64,000 nucleotides of DNA from Octopus sinensis. Taxonomy: Eukaryota. Positions within the stretch are counted from its first letter, which is position 1; each line of letters begins with the position of its first letter. Position numbers and translations under genes: made by a program. The notes beneath the pieces are model-generated. The model was given only the letters and a program-made list of their open reading frames with translations, was not told the DNA's origin and did no database searches. The DNA lies in assembly GCF_006345805.1 (NCBI RefSeq), contig NC_042997.1:123938001-124002000 (forward strand). The letters are read 5' to 3'. Positions 26,001 to 37,149 of this stretch are shown in pieces.

Positions 26001-26165
26001 TATAATACTATATACATACATACATATATATATATATATAAATATATATATATATATCTTAAAGCTTATAAGCAATCATCGTGTAATGACTAAAGAAAAT
26101 AGTCTAATATTGAGGCATATAAGCATATATGCATACACAAAAGAGAGAGAGAAATGAATATTATA
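25172..26165. repeat. Inverted and direct duplications of the Penelope-like element ends
   Basis: 25172-25260 is the reverse complement of ~25425-25512; 25261-25400 is the reverse complement of ~24615-24755; 26061-26165 repeats 25410-25515. Confidence 0.85.
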
Positions 26166-26306
26166 TAAGATTGTCCCAAATGTTCGTAGAAAGTCTTGGA
26201 AACTAATGGTCTTTATTTTGAGGAATAATTTTTGTTGTTTTTGTTAGTACTTGGCGAGTAAAAATTCAATTTTCGCAAGTGTTTACGAACTTTTGGGACA
26301 ACCTAA
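26166..26306. mobile_element. Mariner-type MITE (141 bp)
   Basis: TIR TTAGGTTGTCCCAAAAGTTCGTA (3 mismatches in the left copy), TA on both sides; resembles the Hsmar1/Made1 TIR start. Confidence 0.8.
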
Positions 26307-26681
26307 TAATAATGAATCAATCACGTGCTTTAGAGCAATACAAAACTTACAATTTCGAATAAAAACACTTCGATACCGAGGTACAATACCAAAAAAGTTG
26401 GAAAAGTCTGTGATCTAATGTTTCGATATGATGTGAGAAGAAATTTTATTTCTTTTTGCATCAAAATGAAGTTATATGAAGTATATTTGTTAAATTTGTA
26501 TTTTCCTCTACATCAGGTTTTTATACTGCTTTTTAAAAAAAATATTTCATTCTTTCAAAGAATTTTGTAATTTTACGTTGATGTTTAGATTCACGTACTT
26601 TCTGGCTTTGCACTACAACAACTTCAAGTATTGCATGTTATTTTTTCATCTTCTCTTAATATTTTATCGCATATCTTTTAC

Positions 26682-27095
26682 TTGTTTCAGTTACTAGACT
26701 GCAACCTTGCTGGAGTACTACCTTATTAGGGCCAGTCAAGCAATTCAGCGCCAGTATATATTTTTAAGTCCTGGTGTATACTATCAAAGTTTTTGCTGAA
26801 AACCTAAGTTACGGTATGTCAATAAGCCGACACCAATATCAGCTGTGATGGAGTATGCACACGCACACACACGCACACACACGCACACACACACACACAC
26901 ACACACACCACACACACACACACACACCACACACACACACACACACTCACACACACACAGAGTTACATACAAGTATGCTTTCGGCAGCCTGGTGCTAGTG
27001 TAGAAGACACTTAGCCAAAGTGGCACATAGTGGAACTGAACACGGAACCATGCAGTTACGAAGCAAACTTCTTACCACATAGGTGTACCTGCACC
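26682..27095 (-). mobile_element. SINE family A, diverged
   Basis: Tail, (CA)n and head segments are recognisable. Confidence 0.75.
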
Positions 27096-27786
27096 ACATT
27101 CAATCTATTTTAATAAATGTATCCCTCCTAGTTGTACGCTGTGATTTGAGAAAGATTTAGCTGTTTACTCAGAATCCAAGCGATCACATTTTCACACCCA
27201 CTTGTGCTTCGTAAACTGAAATTATTGATGACATAGAATATTATATATGCTTTGACATCTATCCTCGAGCTAGTTATAAAAAATATATTTAAAATGTATA
27301 TTAAAAAATCACTGGTGCGTTAATAGCTTATATACAGTTTAGCTGTTTATATTTGCCGTTGCGTACAGTGTTGTCTAAATATCTGTAGCACTATAATGTA
27401 GTGAAGTTTAGCCTTATACCATAGTTGTACAATGTAAGTTATTAGAATTTAACTAATGATTATTTAACACTTATTACTATTGGTCAATTTAAGAAAAACA
27501 TTGATTATTCAGTTGGGTGCATTATACATATGTTTATAACTATTGGTAGCACATAAATGCATGTAGTGTGTTAAATAATATATATTGTGCCCCAGCACGC
27601 TGGCGGTGCTCCAGCATGGCTACAGCGTTTGGGGCTGAAGCACATAACAGATTGGGTGTGTATGTATGTGTATATAATATATACAAACATACATATGCGC
27701 ATAAATATTAGAGATAGACAAATAGATAGACAGACAGACAGACAGATAGATAGATTGAGATATATATATATATAGATAGATAGATA

Positions 27787-29001
27787 TGTTTCTTTATTAG
27801 CCACACAGGGCTGCACACAGATAGAACAAATTACAAGGTAGAGCTTTTCTTTTGAAGGTATTAAAAAAAAAAAAAAAAAAGGAAGGGGGAGGTTCGATCA
27901 AAAGGGATCGTAAAAGGAGAGAAAGAGGACAAAAATAAGGGGGGTTAAAAAAAAAAAAAAAAAGGGGGGGGGGAGAGGAAAAAAAAAATGATCAATAGGG
28001 ATCGTTATCACAGAAATGTCAATATGAAGTGTAAAGGGGAGGACAGGTGAGGTTTACCCGTGGAAAGAAAAGCCTGCGGAAAAGACCACGGTAACCTCGG
28101 TCAATGAAGTCACATTCTATATTTCTTTTTTTTTTTTTTTTTTTTTTGCAAATAAGCAACTTTCTGTTTTCGATTTCTGGGTTCATAGGACTATGCTCAA
28201 GGTGGCTTCGTCATTCATACGTGCCATTCTTGCTACATTCACCCATCTTTTTTTAAAACATTCGCTAGACAAAACTTGCCTCTCTACTCTCACTTTCCTT
28301 TTCAAGTGGTACTTGAAGAAGTTGATGAGAGATTGACCAGAGAGGAAAGTGTTTGTCTCCAATCCTTTCAGACGCGTCCACCAGATACATTCTTTCGCCA
28401 TAGCCACAAGGATGATGAAAATAGCTCTTCCTTCCCGTTTGAAGGAAGGAGGCGTGACAATATTGACGATAGACTCAGCTGATAAACCGACTCGTCCCAC
28501 ACGTGACAGCAGTTGTTCGACATAAGCCCACAGGTCGGAAATTGTTGGACACTGAACGAGTGCGTGCAGAACGGTTTCGTCGCTCTGACCGCATCTCGGG
28601 CAGGTCGGCCCGTGTTTCTCGAGCCGTGTCTGTAGAGCTTATCCCGAACGGGTAGCGCTTCTCGGTAGCACTGCCAGGCCAGGGATCTCTGGAAGTTGTC
28701 CATGGGCCCTGGCCCGAAAGTCGTCCCGAACAGGCGGGTCAGGTACTCCTCGTCGACGTCCAGGTTCGCCCCGAGCTCGTCGTCGTACCTCCCCTCCACT
28801 AAACCCCTATAGAATGCTTTGGTTGTGTTGAAGTCACTTAAGGTCGACCCAGGACGGCAGAGTTGCTTGAGAGCAACGCGACACTCGCGGTGCCATTCGC
28901 CCTTCCTCGGCCTCTTTTTGATCCACGACTGCAGTTCGGTCATGGAGACGAGCTGCGGGAAAGCGTGCCTCACAAACGGCGACCACACCTGTTCACCGTC
29001 G
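27787..29001 (-). mobile_element. Tx1/L1-clade LINE, 5'-truncated, young
   Basis: ORF2 C-terminus [48 protein letters not shown] with one frameshift near 28610; 3' UTR with AATAAA; (GATA)n on both sides. Confidence 0.9.
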
Positions 29002-29002
29002 T

Positions 29003-29064
<62 letters not shown>

Positions 29065-29119
29065 GGATAGATGTATAGATAGACAGATAGATAGATAGAT
29101 AGACAGATAGATAGATGGT

Positions 29120-29192
<73 letters not shown>

Positions 29193-29743
29193 TGAGGAGA
29201 GAGCGAGCGAGAGCGCGGAGAGAAAGTGACAAACGGACAGGCACGCAGATAGACACACGGTTGGACAGATACCGATACATATCTGTTTCAGTGTGTAATA
29301 ATTAAGCTAAACTGTGTCTATCTTTTGGTTTCTCAGTATTTCAATAACTAAATATTAATGCATTTGCTAATACACTTAAATCCACTTAGCAAAATTTACT
29401 AACGATTCATTCGTTAACGATTATCTATAAAGGCCATTTGTTTGAGAAACTGTAAACCCAATCACTGATTGATCCAACACTGATGAAACTATAATTTAAT
29501 ATCTTAATTGCTGCTGTGCTCATATATAAATAAATTTTGACTGCATCTCATAACACTTAGTATTCGTTTATATATAATGTATTGTTACACTTTCTTGTAA
29601 CAATCTGGTCAGTAGAGGACAGAAATAGGATTACATGTATTATATAGCTCTGAAAGTGTTCAGTGCATGACTGGCGGGAAATGATATCGTGATGAAGAAT
29701 GGGTGTGATAAGAGTATATTATATGTTAGTAGTATCTATCTTT

Positions 29744-30396
29744 GACTTAACTCTTGTTCGCCATGTCTCAGCCCCATACAGTAACACCGCTTTTATGTTA
29801 GTGTTAAAAAGTCTTATTTTGTTCTTTATTGAAATTACACTTGCGCTCCATACTTTCTTTAACAGGTGAAAAGCGGTCCTTGCCTTACTTATTCTCGTCT
29901 TAGTATCTTCGTCGGTGCCGCCTGAAAACGTTATCTTACTACCTAAATATGTAAACTCGGCTACATCCACTAGTTCACCGGTTTCTCCGCTGTTTTCTTC
30001 AAGTCAAATAAGCAAATACAATCACTCATCAACAGATGCTTGCGTAGTATACTTAAAATTAGATGGCTCCGAACACATGAGCAATATGGAGCTATGGCAA
30101 AGAACAAATGAAATTTCGATTAGGGAGTAAATATTTAAGAAAAATTGGAAGTGGATTGGTAGCACAATTAGAAAAGACACACCAAATGTAGCGAAAAGTG
30201 ATTTACAGTGGAAACCGAATGGATATAGAGGGAGAGGTAGGCCTAAGAACTCGTGGCGGAGATCAACACAAAAGGAACTAGAGAAAGTGGGATATTCATG
30301 GCAGAGTATAAGTACAGAAGCCATAAATTATGCCACATGGAATTCAACTATACGTGGCCTATACTCCGCGTTGGGGAGTTAAAGGCATAAAGAAGA
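29744..30396 (+). mobile_element. RTE-clade LINE, 5'-truncated with 5' inversion and 13-bp TSD
   Basis: Minus part FTYLGS..RISKARTAF..LLYGAETW (29744-30000) continues into plus part INRCLRSILKIRW..RGRGRPKNSW..(GAA)n. TSD AGTATCTATCTTT at 29731-29743 and 30397-30409. Confidence 0.9.
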
Positions 30397-31949
30397 AGTA
30401 TCTATCTTTCTAGCTGATTACAAAACAAGATATTACAGTAGCAATAGACAAAAGAAGAAGAAACCGTGTTTATTAAAGTCAGCAGCGACAATAAACTGTT
30501 CAGACATTATTTGGTGATTAATCAGTTGGAGTTCGTAAGGATGCAGATTTGTTTTTTCTGCCTATTATTCAGGAAGGAGCTGGCAGGTCACATGACTTTT
30601 CTTTTTTTTGCAGGTCTAAGTGATAAAGTTTTCTATGATTTATGAACATAAGTAATATGGTCGTCGCGAGTAATGCTTTGAATAACTTCCGTGGTAAGGA
30701 GAGATGTATTAGTAAGCTAGTGTTTTCAAGAACTAGCCTTGTTAAATTTTTTACGTACATCATAAAAGAAGCTATGGCTGTTTTTGATTTTACTCTGATT
30801 TTTCTTTGCTTGTGTTTAAAAATTCTTAAAATTTTCCACAATTTGGGGATTTGTTTTTAGTATTTGTTAGTATTGGTATACGTAGTTGTAGACATTGGTG
30901 ATTGGCGTGTTTCCTTCAAAACTTAGGTGGTTTCATACATATCTTGGTGATATTTGTCTGACCGTAAAACGTTTTGGTTTTATAGATTGTCCAATTGCTT
31001 TTTAGTAGTCTAATGACCAGGAAGGTAACCAAATCATGGACTAGGTGGATGACGTATACATTCCATTTTTATTATTCTCTCTTCATTGTATAATTTTGGA
31101 GACTAGTCTTCGATAAATTTCTGCTAAGTGCGTTTACTTGTTTGTGCTATGTTCTCTTCAAGTTACTTGAGCTTGTTATTGCTTCACGCAGTGAGATGTA
31201 ACCATTGTATTAATAGATGTTATTGTTGTTTAAACCACAAATATATAATGCTGTAGTGCTTGTTTTGTAGTTTATGGTGTCTAGAAACATTTGACAGATT
31301 TTGTTTCTTTTTCTTATTTCTTTTCCTAATATATTGATTCTGAGTTTAATATTGTTGCTAATGTGGTGGCTGAGCTTTGTTTGCGGTCGCCCTCGTTTTA
31401 TGAGACCAGCTATTCATGATGTATAATTAGGTTATTTCACGATGTGGATTATAGTTTCAGGATGTGTATTTCATATCATTTTTCGAACGTTTGTACTGTT
31501 AGCTCTATATGATTGATTGTAGTGTTGTTGAATTCTGAAACCTAATTACTTTTAATAGAATTCGTTCCTCGTTCTATTGCGCTTTGTTTCAAGGTTTTTA
31601 AATGTCTTTGTTTTCTTCATTCAAGTGTTAGTCTTGAAACGAAATCACCGACGTGGTTTGAGACCATTGTGGGATGTTTGCTAACATTGTGTAACACATC
31701 TTTTTGCTCTTGGGTAGTAACTGTTATCTCCTATATGCTTACCTCTAAATATCTGTGTTTGAGTATACATATATGTGTGTGTGCGCATGTGGGTGTGCGT
31801 GTGTATATATATTATATATATATATATGTGTGTGTGTTTGCGTATACTTTTATATACATATATATGTATATATGTCTGTGTGTATGTATATATATGTTTT
31901 TATGCGTGTATGCAGTATGCATGTATGTATGTATGTATGTAATCAATCC

Positions 31950-32150
31950 AAACATGAACCAGGAAGAAAAAAACAACAATTTGAGGACGTGGAGTAAGTA
32001 CAGTGTTATTGGACGCTCAGGAAAGGAAAGAAAAGAAAGAGGATTTCGCGTTTCGAGCGGAGCTCTTCATCAGAAATATAGAAAAAGCCCAAAGAAGCAA
32101 AGACGGGGAAAGAAAATCGCCAGCGATACACACACGGTCACATATTGAAA
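31950..32150. mobile_element. Penelope-like terminal repeat remnant
   Basis: Carries a hammerhead motif at 32043-32077; shares TTGGACGCTCAGGAAAG with positions ~70-86. Confidence 0.55.
32043..32077 (-). ncRNA. Minimal hammerhead motif, cleavage site mutated
   Basis: ATTT-CTGATGA-A-GAGC-TCC-GCTC-GAAA-CG-CG-AAAT; the U16.1/H17 positions read C/G, so it is probably inactive. Confidence 0.6.
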
Positions 32151-32368
32151 AATATATATATGTGTGTGTGTACATAAATGTAGCTTTTCTATTTTCACTC
32201 CTAGTACGTTCTTTTCAAAGATCCTTTTAACAGATTAAGTTAAAGTTCAAGTGGGTCCCACTTGGATTTCCTGCATTGTAATAACGTTAGACATATTCGA
32301 CCTGTTATTAATTAAGTTCTTAATCATCGTATATTTATTATTTGATATACCAATTCCCAGTATGGATA

Positions 32369-32443
<75 letters not shown>

Positions 32444-32944
32444 ATGATTGCATACACTACACGCGCACACACACGAACTCATATATAATGGTGGTTCGGA
32501 TTGCTGTATTTTTGAATCCCATGGTATCACCTCCTATTAAGTTACGGATGTTCTTTATGATAGCTGAGTACAGTCTGAAATATGGTATATTTTCTAGGAG
32601 CACTCACGCATTGGCGTTGCTCACGAAGAAAATAACCACGTATATTCAACCATTGTAGCTACTTTTCTTCAAAAGAAAATAGTAAATCTGACTATAACTT
32701 TTTATTTGCTACTAGTAGTTGCCAGTAGCTAGCTCGGGTGCCAGCATGTTGTGAGTCTTTTTTAAAAAGAAAATCTATTTAGCCGTGAATATTTCTTGCT
32801 CCTGGCAGAGAAAAGTGATGAACGAAAATATACTACCATATTCTACCCATATTATATCTATCAATATCTATAACTATCTACTTTCAGCTCACAAGCTGTA
32901 GGCATGCTGGGGCAACACCATTTGGTGTTGTTATATAATTGTAC

Positions 32945-34765
32945 TTCACGAATGATTTTTAGGAATTGACATTTGGCGCATGAGGGAGTTTGATGCCGCT
33001 GTCCTCATCTGCACCTCCTGCCGCGAGGTTGGCTCATCTGGGACACTTTACAGTAAGCGGTCCTGCTTTATTTTGAAGACACGTACATCCACTCCATGCA
33101 GGTTTCTCAGGTCCTTCGGGAGGATATTGAAGAGCTGTGAACCTCTGAAGCCCAGGCTATTGCAGTATCTTGTTCTATAACTTGATAGCAAATTTGGAGT
33201 CCTTTGCACTATGCAGTAGCGCCCAGTTCTAGTATTTGTGTAACTCACTATGCCAAAGTTTGGGACAAGTCATTCCAGAATCTTCCATATGTATATGACG
33301 GCCTATCTTTCTCGACTACGCTCTAACGAATAGAGTTTTAATCTCTCGAGTCTTTCCCAGTAGCTTTTATGCTGCATAGAGGCTATCTTTGTGTAGCATC
33401 GTTCGATTGCCTCAAGTTCTGAGATTAATTTGGCACTGGTCGGTGACTATAGCTGGAAGCAATAGTCAAGGTGGCTGAGGACACATGTCCTGCAGAGGAC
33501 CATCATGGTTTCTTGATTTCTTGTTCTAAAAGTTCTAAAAATTCATCCGGTCTTTCGCCTGCATTTCATTGCCAATTTAGCAACATGCACATGGAAGGAG
33601 GCATCATTACTCATGTAAATGCCCAGGTCTCGCACTGACTGTGTTTGCCAGTTGCAAGAAAGCTGTGAAAGAGGAACTGCAGTGGTATTGTTAGGACTCA
33701 CATACTTTTAGAAGGTTTGCTGAGAATCCATCAGGACCACTAGCTGAGTTTGGGTTCATTTCATCTATAGCCCTTATTACATCGTTTTTCTTTATATTGT
33801 TTCTATATCTGCTGTGGTAAAAAAAGGTCAGTTGGATTGCTGACTTGAAAGTGCCGTAAGTTTTGAGTGAAAATACTTTCGAATTGCTCATTTCGTATTT
33901 CACTTATCCTAATTGGATTTCTTGTGAGTGTACCATCTTTTTAGAGGAGTGGCCCTATCCTGCAGTGCACTGAAGCTGTTTCTTTGGCAAACTCGTAGAA
34001 AGATCTGGGGTGAGATTTTATATTTTCTATAGCCTAGGCTTCTTTGTCTGATCTTTCTTTTTCATGGGAGGGTTGCAGATTTTTTTCAATCTTCAACAGT
34101 TTTATTTTCGGGTAGGATTTTTCCCTACTTTCAATTTGTGTGTTTAGGCGATTTGAATCTTTTGTATGCCGTCTCATAAGAATTTTTTTATCTCTGGGGA
34201 TTTTGTTCTTGTGAACAGTGACCATTCTCTCCGGGACACATTTGTAGCATATGGCTTGCAATACAGACATGAATTGTTGAAGTTTCATGTCGATGTCTGG
34301 TGAGGAGAGACATTTAGGTCAGTTTTGTTTGAGGATCTCTTTCTCAATTTGTTTCCAGTTTTGCCTTATCGAAGTTCAAGCTGGAAAGATTCTGAGAGTT
34401 TCTTGTAGGCTGCATGTCCATGGTTTCCTTTGGTCCGTACATGGTAAGCTCTACCATGTTATGATCCGAGAGTAGCGTCAGTATCACTTTCACATTATGG
34501 ATGCGATCCATATTATTTGTGAAGGAGACATTCTGTATATTACCTGTCCTGGCTGGTTGTAGTACTATTTGTTCCATGTACAAAGTGTTGATAAAGTTCA
34601 GGAGGGAATTCACTTGTCCATGTTCGCATCGTGCCATTCCTGGAAGAGAAAGGCCCTCGGGCCATATGACATTGGGCAGATTGAAGTCTCTCATAAAGAG
34701 AATACTTACGTATTGTTCTAATGTAACTAGAATTTCTATTTTTGTGAGGCAGTCTTCAAACTTGC
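32945..34765 (-). mobile_element. CR1/Jockey-group LINE with the RT core deleted
   Basis: APE motif RDFNLPNVIW; SASGPDGFSANLLK; then directly VRDLGIYM..LDYC.QL..RGSQLFNILPKDLRNL..VPDEP. Confidence 0.85.
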
Positions 34766-34850
34766 CTACATGATTCGGAGCATAGTATTGATTGTGTACA
34801 TATATATTTTTGTGTGTATACAGATGTTTGCGTAAGGGTACATTTCCTTG

Positions 34851-34901
<51 letters not shown>

Positions 34902-34950
34902 TATATATATATTATATTATATATATATAATATATATATATAATATATAT

Positions 34951-35066
<116 letters not shown>

Positions 35067-35184
35067 ATATATATATTATTTGAGGAAATAAAATCCAAAA
35101 TTACAAGGAAGAAATTTCAATTTAGAAATACTAAATCAAATTTCACACAATATAATATATATAAAAAATATTAGAACAAAATCA

Positions 35185-35455
35185 CCTTTTATCAATTCAA
35201 AATGAACAATTAAATTACATCACCTAGAAAATTACATAAAATAGAAATATTAAAATTAAATAACAATAAAATGTCAATGGAAATTGCAAAAAAAATTATA
35301 AAAACGTATATAAGCCAATTATATATGTTTTTATTTTTTTTTGTAATTTACTTAATCATTGACATTTTATTTAATTTTAATATTTCTATTATATGTAATT
35401 TTCTAGAGAGTGTAATATAATTGTTCGTTTTGAATTGATAAAATGTATTTTTTTC
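35185..35455. repeat. Imperfect AT-rich inverted repeat (~125-bp arms)
   Basis: TTTTATCAATTCAAAATGAACAATT..CTAGAAAATTACAT..AATAGAAATATTAAAATTAAATAA is mirrored around ~35315. Confidence 0.8.
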
Positions 35456-35498
<43 letters not shown>

Positions 35499-35543
35499 AA
35501 ATAAGTCAAAATAGAAAATGCTAAAATGATTTTATAAAGAACA

Positions 35544-35587
35544 TTTCAGTACCGGTTTCGGTCATTTTGAAACCTTTTCAACTGTAA
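35544..35587 (-). ncRNA. Minimal type I hammerhead, U3-A8 core variant
   Basis: TTACAG-TTGAAAA-GGTT-TCAAAAT-GACC-GAAA-CCGG-TA-CTGAAA. Confidence 0.6.
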
Positions 35588-35812
35588 CGATTAAATACTT
35601 AAATTTAGAAAAATTAAAAGAAAAGTTTTTTTAAAGGAATATTTGTATAGTGTTCAAATATAAGTGGCATTCTGCCTTCCTCTGTCTCCTTGTTTGCACT
35701 TGTGTGTTCGAGGCCGTTGTGAATTCACAACGGCCTCGAACACACAAGTGCAAACAAGAGAGACAGAGAAAGGCAGAATGCCACTTATATTCTAAATTTA
35801 ATTATTTAATCG

Positions 35813-35856
35813 TTACAGTTGAAAAGGTCTCAAAATGACCGAAACCGGTACTGAAA
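35813..35856 (+). ncRNA. Minimal type I hammerhead, U3-A8 core variant
   Basis: TTACAG-TTGAAAA-GGTC-TCAAAAT-GACC-GAAA-CCGG-TA-CTGAAA; palindromic ACCGGT in place of stem III. Confidence 0.65.
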
Positions 35857-35939
35857 TGTTCTTTATAAAATTATTTTAGTATTTTCTATTTTGACTTGTT
35901 TTTTCATATATATCAACTCGTGTGTTCCTTTTCACCCTT

Positions 35940-36009
<70 letters not shown>

Positions 36010-36500
36010 GTATATGTATACGATTGTGCATTTGAGCATATATAAGTTTATGTGTAAACACATTCATTTGTGTATACATACATTTACAGACTTATTCATG
36101 AATCTGCAAACGTACGTACTAGCAAGCTAATATATGTCATATATTTATGCATATAGATAACTTAATATTAATTATATAGAGAGAGTGATAAATTAGCATA
36201 TATCTATATTTAATATATCTTTTTAATTGAATTATAGCAATATGGTATCGGACTGACGTACGAGTGAACTGGATGTTTAACACAGCTCTTTGAAGGATTT
36301 CTTTTCCTCAGTTTGTTACTTTATATACAAATATATGTATATATATATATATACTTATTTACATATATATACACACACACAAATATATATATTGAATCAC
36401 TCGTACACGTACACATATTTGCAGATTCATGAGTCTGTAAATATATGTACACATATCTTCACCATATATACACTATATATACATATATCTGTATGTGTGT

Positions 36501-36540
<40 letters not shown>

Positions 36541-37149
36541 TTTACGTATGTATACCTGTACTTGTTTGTATTAAAGCGTTAGTGTGGCGCTCCATTGATT
36601 AGCATGTTTCCAGTTGAAGGGTAGGTGAATGGTATTGGGCTTATTTTCGTTACGCAGAAACGTGTATAGCATGAAATGTTTCTCCCGTGAAGAAATAAAG
36701 ATCTATTTTGGCATCAATATATTCTGTTCTTGGCAGAGAGATTCTTATTATCAAAAATACACTATAATGCAAAGTTTCTGAAAACCTGTGAGCTTCGTCT
36801 CATTCCACCGTACGTATCGCCTTTGTGTATCTGCATCTATATGTATATAAATCTCTGCGTGTGGATACATCTTGTGGATATTTATGCGATTGAATCTGTG
36901 AATTTGTTAGTGTATGATGTGTAAGCCTTTATATATCCCATATTTTATATAATAATATGTACAATGACAATCCAGTAATAATCATGCTTCCAGCTGAACG
37001 ATAGTTCAATGGTGAACGACTTTCTCTCATCTAGTGCTAAATGAAGTGGATTTTTCTTTTCCTGCTTAGAATAAAATTACTTTCTCTCTTGTAGAGATTT
37101 TGTCCTGTCACTCTCTTTGAGTTCTCACACGTGAGAGGTACAATAACCA

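Larger units (their letters stand above)
35495..35907. repeat. Loop-less palindrome (~185-bp arms) centred on GAATTC 35721-35726
   Basis: Arms are near-perfect reverse complements; the left arm has a ~45-bp extra segment (~35611-35657). Confidence 0.95.

Noticed and set aside
28368-29258. 296-aa ORF as a novel protein
   Set aside because: The N-terminus is (ATCT)n and the remainder is the Tx1 LINE ORF2 with a frameshift.
30450-31650. Decayed minus-strand coding-like block with IVAADFNKH (GDFN-like)
   Set aside because: Probably an old retroelement, but a single motif and many stops do not allow assignment.
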